Shown: in pieces, positions 53,914 to 63,882 of the stretch
Layout of the letters: every line of letters starts with the position of its first letter
How positions within the stretch are numbered: position 1 is the first letter of the stretch
Virus record (IMG/VR): IMGVR_UViG_3300046808_001241
Coordinates: 1-64,000 of that record
Length of the DNA: 64,000 nt
Strand: one strand, 5' to 3'
The notes under the pieces: model-generated
Seen by the model: the letters and a program-made list of their open reading frames with translations, nothing else
What the model was told of the DNA's origin: nothing
Databases searched by the model: none
Program-made: the position numbers and the translations under genes

Positions 53914-55140
53914 ATGACTGTTACTCCTGTACAAATAGGGCTTCAAACACTGCCAGGTGCTCCTTTAGGAATTCCTTTTGGAGCTCCAATGCAAACATAC
54001 TTACATAAGTCAGAGACAGTAAGCTTGCCTCCTCCAGAGGTTCCAGGTTCTGGACTAAAAAGGGCAATAAATTATTTAGCTGATTATGGAGGTTGTGGTT
54101 ATTATCGTTGCATGGCTCCTAATCTTTTGCTAAATCTTTATCAAAAATCTGTTGTAATTGAATCGACTGCAATGATCTTAGACCCTAAGTTTTATCAAAC
54201 AGTTGAGGCAGTTAAGTTGCAAAGACAAGCAACTCCTCAGCAATTGCAATTCGTGAAAGTTCTTAAACAAATTTCACAACAAAAGCCTCTCAAACTAATT
54301 TATGAAGTAGACGACGTGGTTTTTGCTGAAGACATTCCGTTGTACAACCGAAACAGAGATGCATTCACAGCTCCTGAGATTCAAAATTCCATTAAAGAAA
54401 TTTTATCAATGATGGATGAAATTACAGTTACATGCGATTACTTTAAGGATTACATTATAGAAAAAAGTGGTAATAAAAAAGTCTCTGTAATTCCAAACTA
54501 CTTGATGAAGTGGTGGTTTGATAGGTATTATAATCTAGCAGATTTAGTTAAAAAATACGATAAGAACAAAAAGAAGCCAGTGGTAGCTATCTTTGCATCA
54601 GGAACTCACGTTGATGTAGCAAATAGGGTAAATCAGCAAGATGACTTTGCAACCGTGGTGCAGCACATAATTAAAACGCGCACCGAATTTCAGTGGCACT
54701 TTTACGGCTCATATCCGTTAGGATTAAAACCGTTTATAGACAAAGGAGAAATTAAGTTTTTTCCGTGGGTGCAACTTCCGGATTTTCCTCAAGCCATGGC
54801 CAACTCCGGAGCACAAGTAACTTTTGCTGCTCTTCAAGACAATAACTTCAACCGTTGCAAGTCAAACATTAAGCTTATTGAAGCAGGAGCTTTAGGCATT
54901 CCCTGCGTATGTCCTGATATGGTGACATACAAGGACGCGTTTCTAAAATATAAAACCGGAAATGAATTTATTGATTGTTTAAAGAGCACTCTAAAAAACC
55001 AATCAACATATGTAGAGCAATGCAAAAAAGCTAGAGCTCATGCCGAAAAATTTTGGCTGGACGATGAGAAAAACCTCATGAAACATCATGAAGCTTATTT
55101 CACTCCGTTCGGCTCAAAAGATAGAAAATTTTTAGTTTGA
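53914..55140 (+). CDS. GT-B glycosyltransferase
   Basis: YEVDD, N.FNRCKSNIKLIEAGALGIP; TAAATA at 53899. Confidence 0.85.
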   Translation: MTVTPVQIGLQTLPGAPLGIPFGAPMQTYLHKSETVSLPPPEVPGSGLKRAINYLADYGGCGYYRCMAPNLLLNLYQKSVVIESTAMILDPKFYQTVEAVKLQRQATPQQLQFVKVLKQISQQKPLKLIYEVDDVVFAEDIPLYNRNRDAFTAPEIQNSIKEILSMMDEITVTCDYFKDYIIEKSGNKKVSVIPNYLMKWWFDRYYNLADLVKKYDKNKKKPVVAIFASGTHVDVANRVNQQDDFATVVQHIIKTRTEFQWHFYGSYPLGLKPFIDKGEIKFFPWVQLPDFPQAMANSGAQVTFAALQDNNFNRCKSNIKLIEAGALGIPCVCPDMVTYKDAFLKYKTGNEFIDCLKSTLKNQSTYVEQCKKARAHAEKFWLDDEKNLMKHHEAYFTPFGSKDRKFLV

Positions 55141-55171
55141 TCTTTATACCTTTTGTTGTACATTATTTTCA

Positions 55172-57727
55172 ATGTACCGTTCTGCTAGCTATAATCCGTT
55201 CAACGAATCTGTTTTTCTTCGCACATGGTCCGAAGAAGGAGTTCGTATAGAAACCGAAATTCCGTTTCGTCCTTATTTGTTCTTAGAAAAGGAAGGAGCT
55301 GATGATGCCACTTCTATCTTTAAAACGTCCTTGGTTAAAAAGCAGTTTAAAAACTCAATGGAGAGAAAGAGGTTTGTAGACTCAACTGCAAACAAACGAA
55401 TTTTTCATAATTTAGCTCCAGAGCAGCAATTTTTGATCGAAATGTATAAAGATCAAAACAGCAAGCCAGAGTTTTCTGCACATCCCTTGAAAGTATTTTT
55501 GCTCGACATCGAAGTCGATACTACAGTAGATTCAGCTTTTCCGACTCCAGAAAAGGCAGCCGTTCCAATTAATCTAATTACCGTTTATGATACTTTAACT
55601 AAATCGACTCACACATGGGGGTTGAAACAGAGATATACTCCAACTTTACCTGATTGTATATATCATTATTGCAAAGATGAAGAAGAGTTAATTTTACAAT
55701 TTGTAGAATTTTGGAAAGCTGATTATCCAGATATTGCTAGTGGCTGGAATTCTAGTGGATTTGACTTTCCTTACATTATTAATCGTTTTATGAGAATTTT
55801 TGGAGACGATTTTGTTCGTCGGCTTTCTCCAACTGGAAACGTTAGAGGCCGAAAAGTTTTCACCGACATGGGAAAAGAGGTTACTATATGGTCGATTCAA
55901 GGCGTATCTTTGTTAGATTACATGGACTTATATAAAACATTTTCTCCAGGAGAAAAAGAATCCTTTAGCTTGAATTATATTGCTGAGCTGGAACTCGGTG
56001 AAGGAAAAATCGCATATAATGCTGTTAGTCTCGGAGAGCTTGCTGCAAGTGACTGGAAAACATTTGTTGACTATAACATTCAAGACGTTCATTTGCTTGT
56101 TAGGCTAGAAGAGAAGTTAAAATTTTTGGAAATTGCGCGAATGCTTGCATACAAAGGGTGTACCAATTTTGAAGCTGCTCTTGGAAAGGTAGCCATTGTA
56201 ACTGGAGCAGTAGCTATCCAAGCCTCTAAGCAGGGATATGTAATCCCAACTTTTCCAAATAACATGGAGAGAGAGTCATATGAGGGTGGCTTTGTCAGAG
56301 ACCCAGAAAAAGGCATACAAAAAGCAGTAGTTAGCTTCGACGTAAATTCGCTGTATCCTAATACAATTATTACTTTAAACATTTCCCCAGAAACTAAAAT
56401 TGGAAAAGTAATATCAGGTGATTATGAGAATTTCACAGGAGAGATGTCAATCCGTTTGATTAACGGAAAAACGCATAGGTTGACTGCTGATAAATTTAAA
56501 ATGTTTTTGGCCAAAGAACAGATTTCTTTATCAAAAGCAGGAGTTTTATATTCTCAAAAAACCAAAGGAGTGATTCCAAACTTGATTGATGAAATTTACA
56601 GCGATCGTGTCAAAACCAAGCAAGAGCTGACAAAGCTTAAAAAATCTAAAAGCAAAGACGATAGAGCGCACCAATTAAAAATTACGTATTGTGATACTCT
56701 TCAATATACATTAAAGATTTTATTGAACTCAATATACGGCACTTTTGCGAACAAACACTCATCATTGATGGATATTGATCATGCAACATCAATTACTGTT
56801 ACTGGTCAAAACGTTTCGAAAGCTGGAGGTCACATTATTGATAATTTTGTTAAAGTAAAATATGGTGTTGAACATTCGATAACCAAATACGGCGACACGG
56901 ATTCTTTGTATGTTTCCATCCAGCCAATACTAGATAAATTACAAATTCCTTTGTTAGTAGAAGGTGAAATAAATCCAAAAGTTCATGAAATTGTAGACAA
57001 ACTAGATAAGCACGTAAATACTGAAATCTTGGAGTGGGCAAGAAAAGAGCTATTTTCCATAGATCCAAGATACGTCTTTAAAAGAGAAGTTATTGCAGAC
57101 GTAGGAATCTTTCTTCAAAAGAAAAGATACATCTTGCATGTTCTTGATGAAGAAGGCGTTGCTGTAGATAAATTTAAATATACTGGCATTGAACTAGCAC
57201 GTTCGACGACTCCAAAAAAGGTCAAAAAGTTTATTGAGGATATTATTAAAACAGCCTTGCTAACACAAAATTTTAAACAAACCAACGATGTCTATAGAGT
57301 GAGTTATGCTTCTTTTCAAAAGTTAGATCCAAACGATATTGCAGCCAGAACTTCAATCAACAATCTCGAGAAATATTCTGAAGGATCCTCGTTATATAAA
57401 TTTCAAAACAAAACTCCGTCTCATGTTAAAGGAGCAATTGCCTATAACATTTTGATTAAAGAGCTTAAAATAGACGACAAATATGAATCCATACAAGCAG
57501 GTCAGAAAGTCAAAAAACTGTACTGTGCAAAAAATAAATACGGACTGGACGCGATAACTTATGTTTCAACTCTTCCAGAAGAGTTTGCGATTAGGATTGA
57601 CTGGGATAAAATGTTTTCTAAGCTAGTAACGCAACCAACTGAAAGACTATACAATGCGATCGGTTGGGTTTTGCCGGAAATTGGAAAAGAAGTTCAAACA
57701 GATCTTTTTGAAATGTTTGCAAGTTAG
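55172..57727 (+). CDS. 43: family B DNA polymerase gp43
   Basis: DIE, SFDVNSLYP, KILLNSIYG, YGDTDS, KKRY. Confidence 0.97.
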   Translation: MYRSASYNPFNESVFLRTWSEEGVRIETEIPFRPYLFLEKEGADDATSIFKTSLVKKQFKNSMERKRFVDSTANKRIFHNLAPEQQFLIEMYKDQNSKPEFSAHPLKVFLLDIEVDTTVDSAFPTPEKAAVPINLITVYDTLTKSTHTWGLKQRYTPTLPDCIYHYCKDEEELILQFVEFWKADYPDIASGWNSSGFDFPYIINRFMRIFGDDFVRRLSPTGNVRGRKVFTDMGKEVTIWSIQGVSLLDYMDLYKTFSPGEKESFSLNYIAELELGEGKIAYNAVSLGELAASDWKTFVDYNIQDVHLLVRLEEKLKFLEIARMLAYKGCTNFEAALGKVAIVTGAVAIQASKQGYVIPTFPNNMERESYEGGFVRDPEKGIQKAVVSFDVNSLYPNTIITLNISPETKIGKVISGDYENFTGEMSIRLINGKTHRLTADKFKMFLAKEQISLSKAGVLYSQKTKGVIPNLIDEIYSDRVKTKQELTKLKKSKSKDDRAHQLKITYCDTLQYTLKILLNSIYGTFANKHSSLMDIDHATSITVTGQNVSKAGGHIIDNFVKVKYGVEHSITKYGDTDSLYVSIQPILDKLQIPLLVEGEINPKVHEIVDKLDKHVNTEILEWARKELFSIDPRYVFKREVIADVGIFLQKKRYILHVLDEEGVAVDKFKYTGIELARSTTPKKVKKFIEDIIKTALLTQNFKQTNDVYRVSYASFQKLDPNDIAARTSINNLEKYSEGSSLYKFQNKTPSHVKGAIAYNILIKELKIDDKYESIQAGQKVKKLYCAKNKYGLDAITYVSTLPEEFAIRIDWDKMFSKLVTQPTERLYNAIGWVLPEIGKEVQTDLFEMFAS

Positions 57728-57739
57728 TTAATTACAAAT

Positions 57740-58018
57740 ATGTATGCAGCAGAACAATTGTTTCAGGCATTGACGTACGAAGAGTTGTATTACACACTTA
57801 AAAGTATAGTTGAAAACGATTGTTATATAGATGAGTTTTTAGACAGTGAAATACTCGAAGATTTTTTATACATGCTGGATACATATGACATTACATATAT
57901 TGCATCGGATGACAGAGTGTTGCTAACAAGCAAAGGTGAGAAAGTTTTGCAATATATATCAACGATCGTTGAACTAGAAGATTTTTCCAATAAAGTAAAA
58001 AGAAAGAAAAAATTATGA
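57740..58018 (+). CDS. acidic hypothetical protein
   Basis: 92 aa; LTSKG wing-like motif. Confidence 0.65.
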   Translation: MYAAEQLFQALTYEELYYTLKSIVENDCYIDEFLDSEILEDFLYMLDTYDITYIASDDRVLLTSKGEKVLQYISTIVELEDFSNKVKRKKKL

Positions 58019-58374
58019 GTAACACAAATAAGCAACTAACAGTATTCTTGGATAATATCGGAAGAACTATTATCGGCAAAATTGCCAAAGAAAATAATGA
58101 TATTCTTTCAATTGAAAATCCAGCACTTGTTCACGTACAAGCGAATCCGCAAACGAGCCAACTACAGCTCCAAATTTTGCCTCTATTTTTTAGGGAGTTT
58201 CAAGCGGACAAAACTCAACCAACCGTTTGGAATTATAAAAAATCAAACATCACAACTTCGGAAGAAATTCCATTTGCAATTCAATTTACTGCTCAATATG
58301 AACAGATGTTTAAAGCAGCTGAGTCAGCTGCTCCTAAACAAACCGAAGTTATCAAACTTTTTGATGACGAATAA
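58015..58374 (+). CDS. hypothetical protein between gp43 and uvsX
   Basis: 119 aa, ATGA overlap. Confidence 0.75.
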   Translation: MSNTNKQLTVFLDNIGRTIIGKIAKENNDILSIENPALVHVQANPQTSQLQLQILPLFFREFQADKTQPTVWNYKKSNITTSEEIPFAIQFTAQYEQMFKAAESAAPKQTEVIKLFDDE

Positions 58375-58397
58375 TCTTTAGTCTAAGAGTCAACTGC

Positions 58398-58426
58398 AAA
58401 AAGGCCTCTTCGGAGGCCTTTTTTTT
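58398..58426 (+). terminator. intrinsic terminator with UUCG loop
   Basis: AAAAAGGCCTC-TTCG-GAGGCCTTTTTTTT. Confidence 0.9.
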
Positions 58427-58464
58427 GGTTGAAAAAAATTAATTTTAAAGGATATTAATCTTAT

Positions 58465-59604
58465 ATGGCTAAATCCAAAAAAACAAACGAAGAATCAAAT
58501 AGCAGTGGCTCCATCGAAGATGCTTTTGCAGTACTTGATAACTTGAATTCGAGTTCATCATTTCTAGATTCAAACAGTCTTTCGACGGTAACAGAGTGGA
58601 TTGATACCGGCTCATATGCTCTGAATGCTATTGTTTCTGGTTCTCTTTATGGAGGTGTTCCAATGGGCAGATTAACAGCTTTTATTGGAGCTGAATCATG
58701 TGGTAAGACATTGATGGCTAATAAAATTATGGCTAACGCTCAGAAGAAAGGAATGTACGTTGCTTATTTTGATACAGAAGGAGCGCTCGATCAAGCTACA
58801 GCAACACGACTTGGATGTGACCCTTCAAAAGTTAAGCACGTGCCTTCAGAAATTACAGAGCAATGTCGTAACGAAATTGTTCAATTTTTAAACACAATTA
58901 TAGAAAATAATTTGCAAGGAAAAGTCTTGATTGTGATTGACTCCCTCGGAAATTTAATTACAGCTCAAGAGAAAAAGAAAATCGAAGAAGGCTCCGATAC
59001 GGTTGATATGGGAAACAGAGCTCGACAACTTAAAAGTTTGATGAGAGCCGTTACTCATGCGGCAGCTAAGGCAAACTGTCCAGTGATTTTTACTAATCAT
59101 GTGTATGAAGATCCTTCACAACTCCATCCTTCCGCAATTAAAAAACAAGCAGGTGGTTCTGGTCCTCTTTACATGTCATCTGTGATTGTTCAGATGGCAA
59201 AGAAAACGGAACGTGCTGAAGATTCAAAAAATAAAGATGCGAATTCGGAAACTACACTAATTTCAAAAGGAATTAATGGGGTTACTTTGAGAGCTTTGAC
59301 TACTAAAAACCGCTTCGTTACTCCTTTCCTTGAAATTGAAATGTATTTGAACTTCCGAACCGGGTTGAATAAATTTTCAGGTCTTCTTGAGATGGCTGAG
59401 GGGTATGGGGTGATTGAACGGAGAGGTCATCAATTTGCATTTCAAGGAGAACTTCTTGGTTACTACAAGGACTGGAAAGAGGATGAAGAAGTGTGGAACA
59501 AAATTCTTCCTGAGCTTGAAAAGAAACTCCAGACTGAACTTTGCTTTAAGAACGAATGCCAAGTTGAACAAGAACAAGGTTTGGATGACGATTCTGCAGA
59601 ATGA
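58465..59604 (+). CDS. uvsX: RecA-like recombinase UvsX
   Basis: IDTGS..LN, GAESCGKT, DTEGA, IDSLG, GGSG. Confidence 0.92.
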   Translation: MAKSKKTNEESNSSGSIEDAFAVLDNLNSSSSFLDSNSLSTVTEWIDTGSYALNAIVSGSLYGGVPMGRLTAFIGAESCGKTLMANKIMANAQKKGMYVAYFDTEGALDQATATRLGCDPSKVKHVPSEITEQCRNEIVQFLNTIIENNLQGKVLIVIDSLGNLITAQEKKKIEEGSDTVDMGNRARQLKSLMRAVTHAAAKANCPVIFTNHVYEDPSQLHPSAIKKQAGGSGPLYMSSVIVQMAKKTERAEDSKNKDANSETTLISKGINGVTLRALTTKNRFVTPFLEIEMYLNFRTGLNKFSGLLEMAEGYGVIERRGHQFAFQGELLGYYKDWKEDEEVWNKILPELEKKLQTELCFKNECQVEQEQGLDDDSAE

Positions 59605-60962
59605 GTAAAGCTCAAGCCTCGAATAAACTAGATTTAGATTTCTTTGAAACAATTCTTTTATATAATGCATTAGGAGATTCGGAATATCTAAGCTCTATTA
59701 TATCATATATAGAGCCTTCCTTTTTCAATGATAAAAACATTGGTAGAGTTGTAGGAAGCATTAGTCAGTTTTTTAATGAACGAGGCTCTGTACCATCTCT
59801 TACAGAGATTAAGGCTCGTCTTACTTCTGAAGAAGATAAAAAGGCTTTATCTGATGTTAAAGCAAAATTGACAGCATTGCAAGGACCTTTTAACAAAGAG
59901 GAATTAATATCTAATACTGAAAAGTTTCTTAAAGAACGGTTCATATACAAAACAATATTGAACGTTGCTGATAAGTTTTCGGATCAAACATTTTCAATCG
60001 AAGAAACGCTAGTAGACTTTGAGAAAGCTTACAATATCACTCTTAAGGAAAATCTCGGCCATTGGTATTTTGAAGACATCGACAAACACATCAAAGATCT
60101 AGTTGCAATATACAACCCAGTTCCAACCGGCTGGAAATTCTTTGATGATAAAACAGAAGGAGGCTTGTATCCTAAAACCCTTACGGTTTTTGCAGGTCAA
60201 GTAAATGTAGGCAAATCGATTGTACTGGGAAATATTGCAACAAACATGCTATTGGCGGACAAAAACGTTTTGCTTATTTCTTTAGAAATGTCAGAGTTTA
60301 TGTACGCAAAGCGTATTAGTACTCAGCTTACTCAAATTCCTCATAACGATCTGAAAACATTTACAGAAGAGTTAAAGGAGCAAGTCAAACACATTCAAAG
60401 GAATATTAATGGCAAATTGATCGTAAAAGAATATCCTCCAAAAACAGTTACGGTTAGACAAATAGACGGATATATAACTAAACTGCAACACAAAGGATTT
60501 AAGCCAGATATTGTTGTAGTGGATTACATCAACCTCATTCAACCTATTTCAAAAAACTTAAACTCATATGAATATGTAAAAGAAATTGCAGAACAGCTAA
60601 GAGCACTGGCATTCAAATACAAAATCCCATTTGTTTCAGCAACACAATTGAACCGTGGAGCATTCAACACTGCTTCGCCAGGTATGGAAGGAATTTCTGA
60701 AAGCATAGGTCTTGCTGCAACTTGTGATGTAATTTGCTCTTTATGGCAAGAGGATGAAGATAGAGAGCTTGGAGTCATTAATATGGGGATGCAAAAGAAT
60801 CGTTTTGGTCCAAATTTTGGCAACGCTGCTTTTAGATGTAACTACAACACGCTAACCTTAAAAGAGACTTCTACTGATTATTTTGCACAAGATGGAGACT
60901 CTACAGAAGACAATGTGCAGAACGCTAACGGCACTCTAAATAAGTTGATCAATGAAGAATGA
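59601..60962 (+). CDS. 41: replicative helicase gp41 (DnaB-like)
   Basis: GQVNVGKS, SLEMSE, VVDYI, ATQLNR, KNRFG. Confidence 0.92.
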   Translation: MSKAQASNKLDLDFFETILLYNALGDSEYLSSIISYIEPSFFNDKNIGRVVGSISQFFNERGSVPSLTEIKARLTSEEDKKALSDVKAKLTALQGPFNKEELISNTEKFLKERFIYKTILNVADKFSDQTFSIEETLVDFEKAYNITLKENLGHWYFEDIDKHIKDLVAIYNPVPTGWKFFDDKTEGGLYPKTLTVFAGQVNVGKSIVLGNIATNMLLADKNVLLISLEMSEFMYAKRISTQLTQIPHNDLKTFTEELKEQVKHIQRNINGKLIVKEYPPKTVTVRQIDGYITKLQHKGFKPDIVVVDYINLIQPISKNLNSYEYVKEIAEQLRALAFKYKIPFVSATQLNRGAFNTASPGMEGISESIGLAATCDVICSLWQEDEDRELGVINMGMQKNRFGPNFGNAAFRCNYNTLTLKETSTDYFAQDGDSTEDNVQNANGTLNKLINEE

Positions 60963-61413
60963 CTCAGAAATTCAATTTCTAAATGAAGAAAATAAAGTAT
61001 ATGCCAGCCTATACAAGAAAACTTCTTGGGAAACAATTCGTTGTCTTCTTTATTACACAGAAGAGTCTTTAGTAGAAACTGAATTTTTTGAAAATTTTAT
61101 TAAAGAAACAGAAATTCCAGAAATACATATTTTATTCTTTGACTCTATAGAAAATTTTGACACAGAAAAATTCTTGCAAGATTTTAAAATAATTGATTTA
61201 AACATCAAAGATCTTTTTATTATTTTTAACAAAAGTTCACAACAAAAAAACGTTAAGTATCAACTTGTTGGATATTTTAAAAATTGCTTAGTTACCGAGA
61301 CAAATAATCCATTTATTAATAATACATTAAACACAAATATAAAATACGACGTTGTAAAGCTAATTACAAACCCTGGGTTAATTAACCTATTCAAAAATGA
61401 AAAACTTCAATGA
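60952..61413 (+). CDS. hypothetical protein
   Basis: 153 aa packed ORF. Confidence 0.65.
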   Translation: MKNDSEIQFLNEENKVYASLYKKTSWETIRCLLYYTEESLVETEFFENFIKETEIPEIHILFFDSIENFDTEKFLQDFKIIDLNIKDLFIIFNKSSQQKNVKYQLVGYFKNCLVTETNNPFINNTLNTNIKYDVVKLITNPGLINLFKNEKLQ

Positions 61414-61999
61414 TTTGATTAAAAGTCTAACAGACCAATTTTTGTTGGAGTCTCCCTTTTATGTTGGCAAAAAGCCACTATATATTAATTTAGATGATCC
61501 TGAGTTTAATAAAAATAAATTTGATGAAGTCGTACAAAATAATCCAAATAAGCTAGACACATTTAATGGTTACGATGTATTCCGTTCTTTAGATAAACAA
61601 ACAAGACACGACACTTTTTACTTTGTTAACAAAAATACAATCGAAGGACTAGTTGGAGTAGAAGATAAAGACGGAATTGCTTACAGCAAAGCTGTAGCAA
61701 AGAGAAACATTTCAGAAAATAAAACTCTTATACAGGATATATTTTTAAATTACTTTCCAACCATTTACTATTCTGTTGTTTCAGATGAATATATGAATGA
61801 CTTAGGAAAAACTTTTTGGAAAAAATTATTAGAACTATCTTTGACTAAAGGGTACTCTAATAGAGTATTAATTTCCAATACAGGAGAAGAAAAAGATTAC
61901 TTTCCAGAAAAGTTCGAGTCTTATTGGAACCACGAGTCAGATCCGGTAATTAGAAGACCTTCTCCTACAAGGATGTTATTTAAAATTTATTACAGATGA
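61397..61999 (+). CDS. ESP-family paralog 3 (possible GNAT-like fold)
   Basis: LLESP, SDEYMNDLGKTFWKKLL, FESYWN, LFKIY. Confidence 0.75.
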   Translation: MKNFNDLIKSLTDQFLLESPFYVGKKPLYINLDDPEFNKNKFDEVVQNNPNKLDTFNGYDVFRSLDKQTRHDTFYFVNKNTIEGLVGVEDKDGIAYSKAVAKRNISENKTLIQDIFLNYFPTIYYSVVSDEYMNDLGKTFWKKLLELSLTKGYSNRVLISNTGEEKDYFPEKFESYWNHESDPVIRRPSPTRMLFKIYYR

Positions 62000-62877
62000 A
62001 CAATCAAAACGTACACGTGTTTACTCATTCGGACTTAGATGGTGTTGTTAGCTATCTTGTTCTGTGTTGGGTTTACAATAAAAAATTGAGTGTTACTCCA
62101 ACAACACCAATGAAACTAGACCAAGATTACAACAAATTTGTTCAATCCAACAAACAATATGACAAACTTTATTTTCTGGATTTAGACGTTTCAAAAATTG
62201 GAGAAAACATTGATAACAAAAATACAGTTGTTTTAGATCACCATAAAACAAACCTTTATCCTTTTAAAAACGCAATTACTCGAATTTACAACGAAACTTC
62301 TTGCGCAAAGCTAATTTATGATACGTTTTTTAAAACGTCAGAAAAAAAGCTTTCAGCTGCTCAGAAAACACTATTAGCTCTTGCAGACGATTGGGACTCA
62401 GCTACGAAAGCAACTCCATTATCTGAGGGGTTAAACATTGTATACCATTCAATGTCCGACAAGTTCAATTCGTTCGTTGAAGATTATTATAACGGATTCG
62501 AACAATTTGATAAGTTCAAACAAAATACAATTACTTTATACAAAAAGCACAGAAAAGAATATTTAGATACATTGACTCCGTTTTTTGGTAAAGTAGAATT
62601 TGAAGGCCAAAAAGACATTAAAGTTGGAGCAGTGTTTTGTGATAAATTTGTTCAAGAGTGTTGTGATTGGATGTTTGCTATTCACAACGTAGACGTAGCA
62701 ATTGCTGTTTTGATTGATCAAAAGCGAATAGCTGTAAGAAGAAACATTAATTGTGACAAAGTAGATGTTTCTAAATTTGTTCAACGGATTGCTTCTGGTG
62801 GCGGACACGAAGCTGCAGCTGGTGGTAATTTAACAGACGAATTTGTAGAATTTACTAAAATGTTGAAACCATTGTAA
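61996..62877 (+). CDS. DHH-family phosphoesterase
   Basis: HSDLDG, LDHH, SGGGHEAAAG. Confidence 0.9.
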   Translation: MNNQNVHVFTHSDLDGVVSYLVLCWVYNKKLSVTPTTPMKLDQDYNKFVQSNKQYDKLYFLDLDVSKIGENIDNKNTVVLDHHKTNLYPFKNAITRIYNETSCAKLIYDTFFKTSEKKLSAAQKTLLALADDWDSATKATPLSEGLNIVYHSMSDKFNSFVEDYYNGFEQFDKFKQNTITLYKKHRKEYLDTLTPFFGKVEFEGQKDIKVGAVFCDKFVQECCDWMFAIHNVDVAIAVLIDQKRIAVRRNINCDKVDVSKFVQRIASGGGHEAAAGGNLTDEFVEFTKMLKPL

Positions 62878-62897
62878 TACGGGCTAAGTAGCTCATA

Positions 62898-63311
62898 ATG
62901 TTACAGCACATATTTGCAGAACTAGAAAGATCTAATTCAGCTCCTTCTGATCACATTAACTCAAGAGAATTTATAGAGGGAGTTTTAAAAGCTGGTTCGT
63001 TGATATCAATGCTCGAAAACAAAAAAATTAATACAACTATGCTTTTTTCATTGCTCTTAGAAAAGAGAGACTATCAAGAGTTTTTTACACATATTACGTC
63101 TTCAGATAATTTTAAAGAATCTATACTTTCGCTGTTGTATCTTCACCCATCACTTGTAAAGTCTAAAGTTACAAAATCTGTTATTAGAAAGCTGAATGCA
63201 AAACGATCTCACAAGTCTAGAAAAGTGCCTTTACAACAAGCATTTAATTGTTTCGAGGAGTCAGAAGAACAAACCTTTCAAGATAAAAAAGGACTTCGGG
63301 GACGTTGTTGA
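62898..63311 (+). CDS. hypothetical protein
   Basis: ORF overlaps the next gene; extent uncertain. Confidence 0.55.
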   Translation: MLQHIFAELERSNSAPSDHINSREFIEGVLKAGSLISMLENKKINTTMLFSLLLEKRDYQEFFTHITSSDNFKESILSLLYLHPSLVKSKVTKSVIRKLNAKRSHKSRKVPLQQAFNCFEESEEQTFQDKKGLRGRC

Positions 63312-63876
63312 AACAGAAAAACACAAGTTTTTAAAACGTATTTCAACTCTTTTTACTAAGCATCCGGAAATTGATCCCGATAGCTTTTTTCGTGCTCCCT
63401 ATGTTTTATATCCAGATGTGGAATATTTTGGTTTGGATTACTTTTCTACCATGCGTGCCGTTAAATCTTACACCATGTATCGTAAGCATATGTTTCTTCG
63501 AGATCCAGACGAGCAATTAAAACAAGTACAAGATTCATTAAACTTTATAGCAAAGTTCTGTATTCAGGAAAAAATCCAATTTTATCAATATCCGTACCAC
63601 AGAACAGCTGATCTTTTTACATGGATGAAGCATTACAAGGAAAATAAGATCAATATATATTCTATGTTTGAATTTTCTAATATATGTTCGTCTGTTAAAG
63701 AACTAGCAGAAGATGTACAAAGGTTTTTTGTATCTGATTTTGTTGACCAATTTCAAAAATTATATTTAAATTACATGAATTCTATGCAAGTAAAGCCTTA
63801 TGTCAGAAAAGCCTTTCCGCTGCTTTCAAATTTTGTTGAAAAGCAGTTGAACCAATTCAAAAAGCCAGTAAACTAA
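63196..63876 (+). CDS. hypothetical replication-region protein
   Basis: 226 aa, directly before the gp32-like start. Confidence 0.7.
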   Translation: MQNDLTSLEKCLYNKHLIVSRSQKNKPFKIKKDFGDVVETEKHKFLKRISTLFTKHPEIDPDSFFRAPYVLYPDVEYFGLDYFSTMRAVKSYTMYRKHMFLRDPDEQLKQVQDSLNFIAKFCIQEKIQFYQYPYHRTADLFTWMKHYKENKINIYSMFEFSNICSSVKELAEDVQRFFVSDFVDQFQKLYLNYMNSMQVKPYVRKAFPLLSNFVEKQLNQFKKPVN

Positions 63877-63882
63877 AAAAGT

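Noticed and set aside
43380-60962. Inteins or group I introns in uvsW, gp46, gp43, uvsX or gp41
   Set aside because: The ORFs are uninterrupted, of ordinary length, and show no intein splice motifs.
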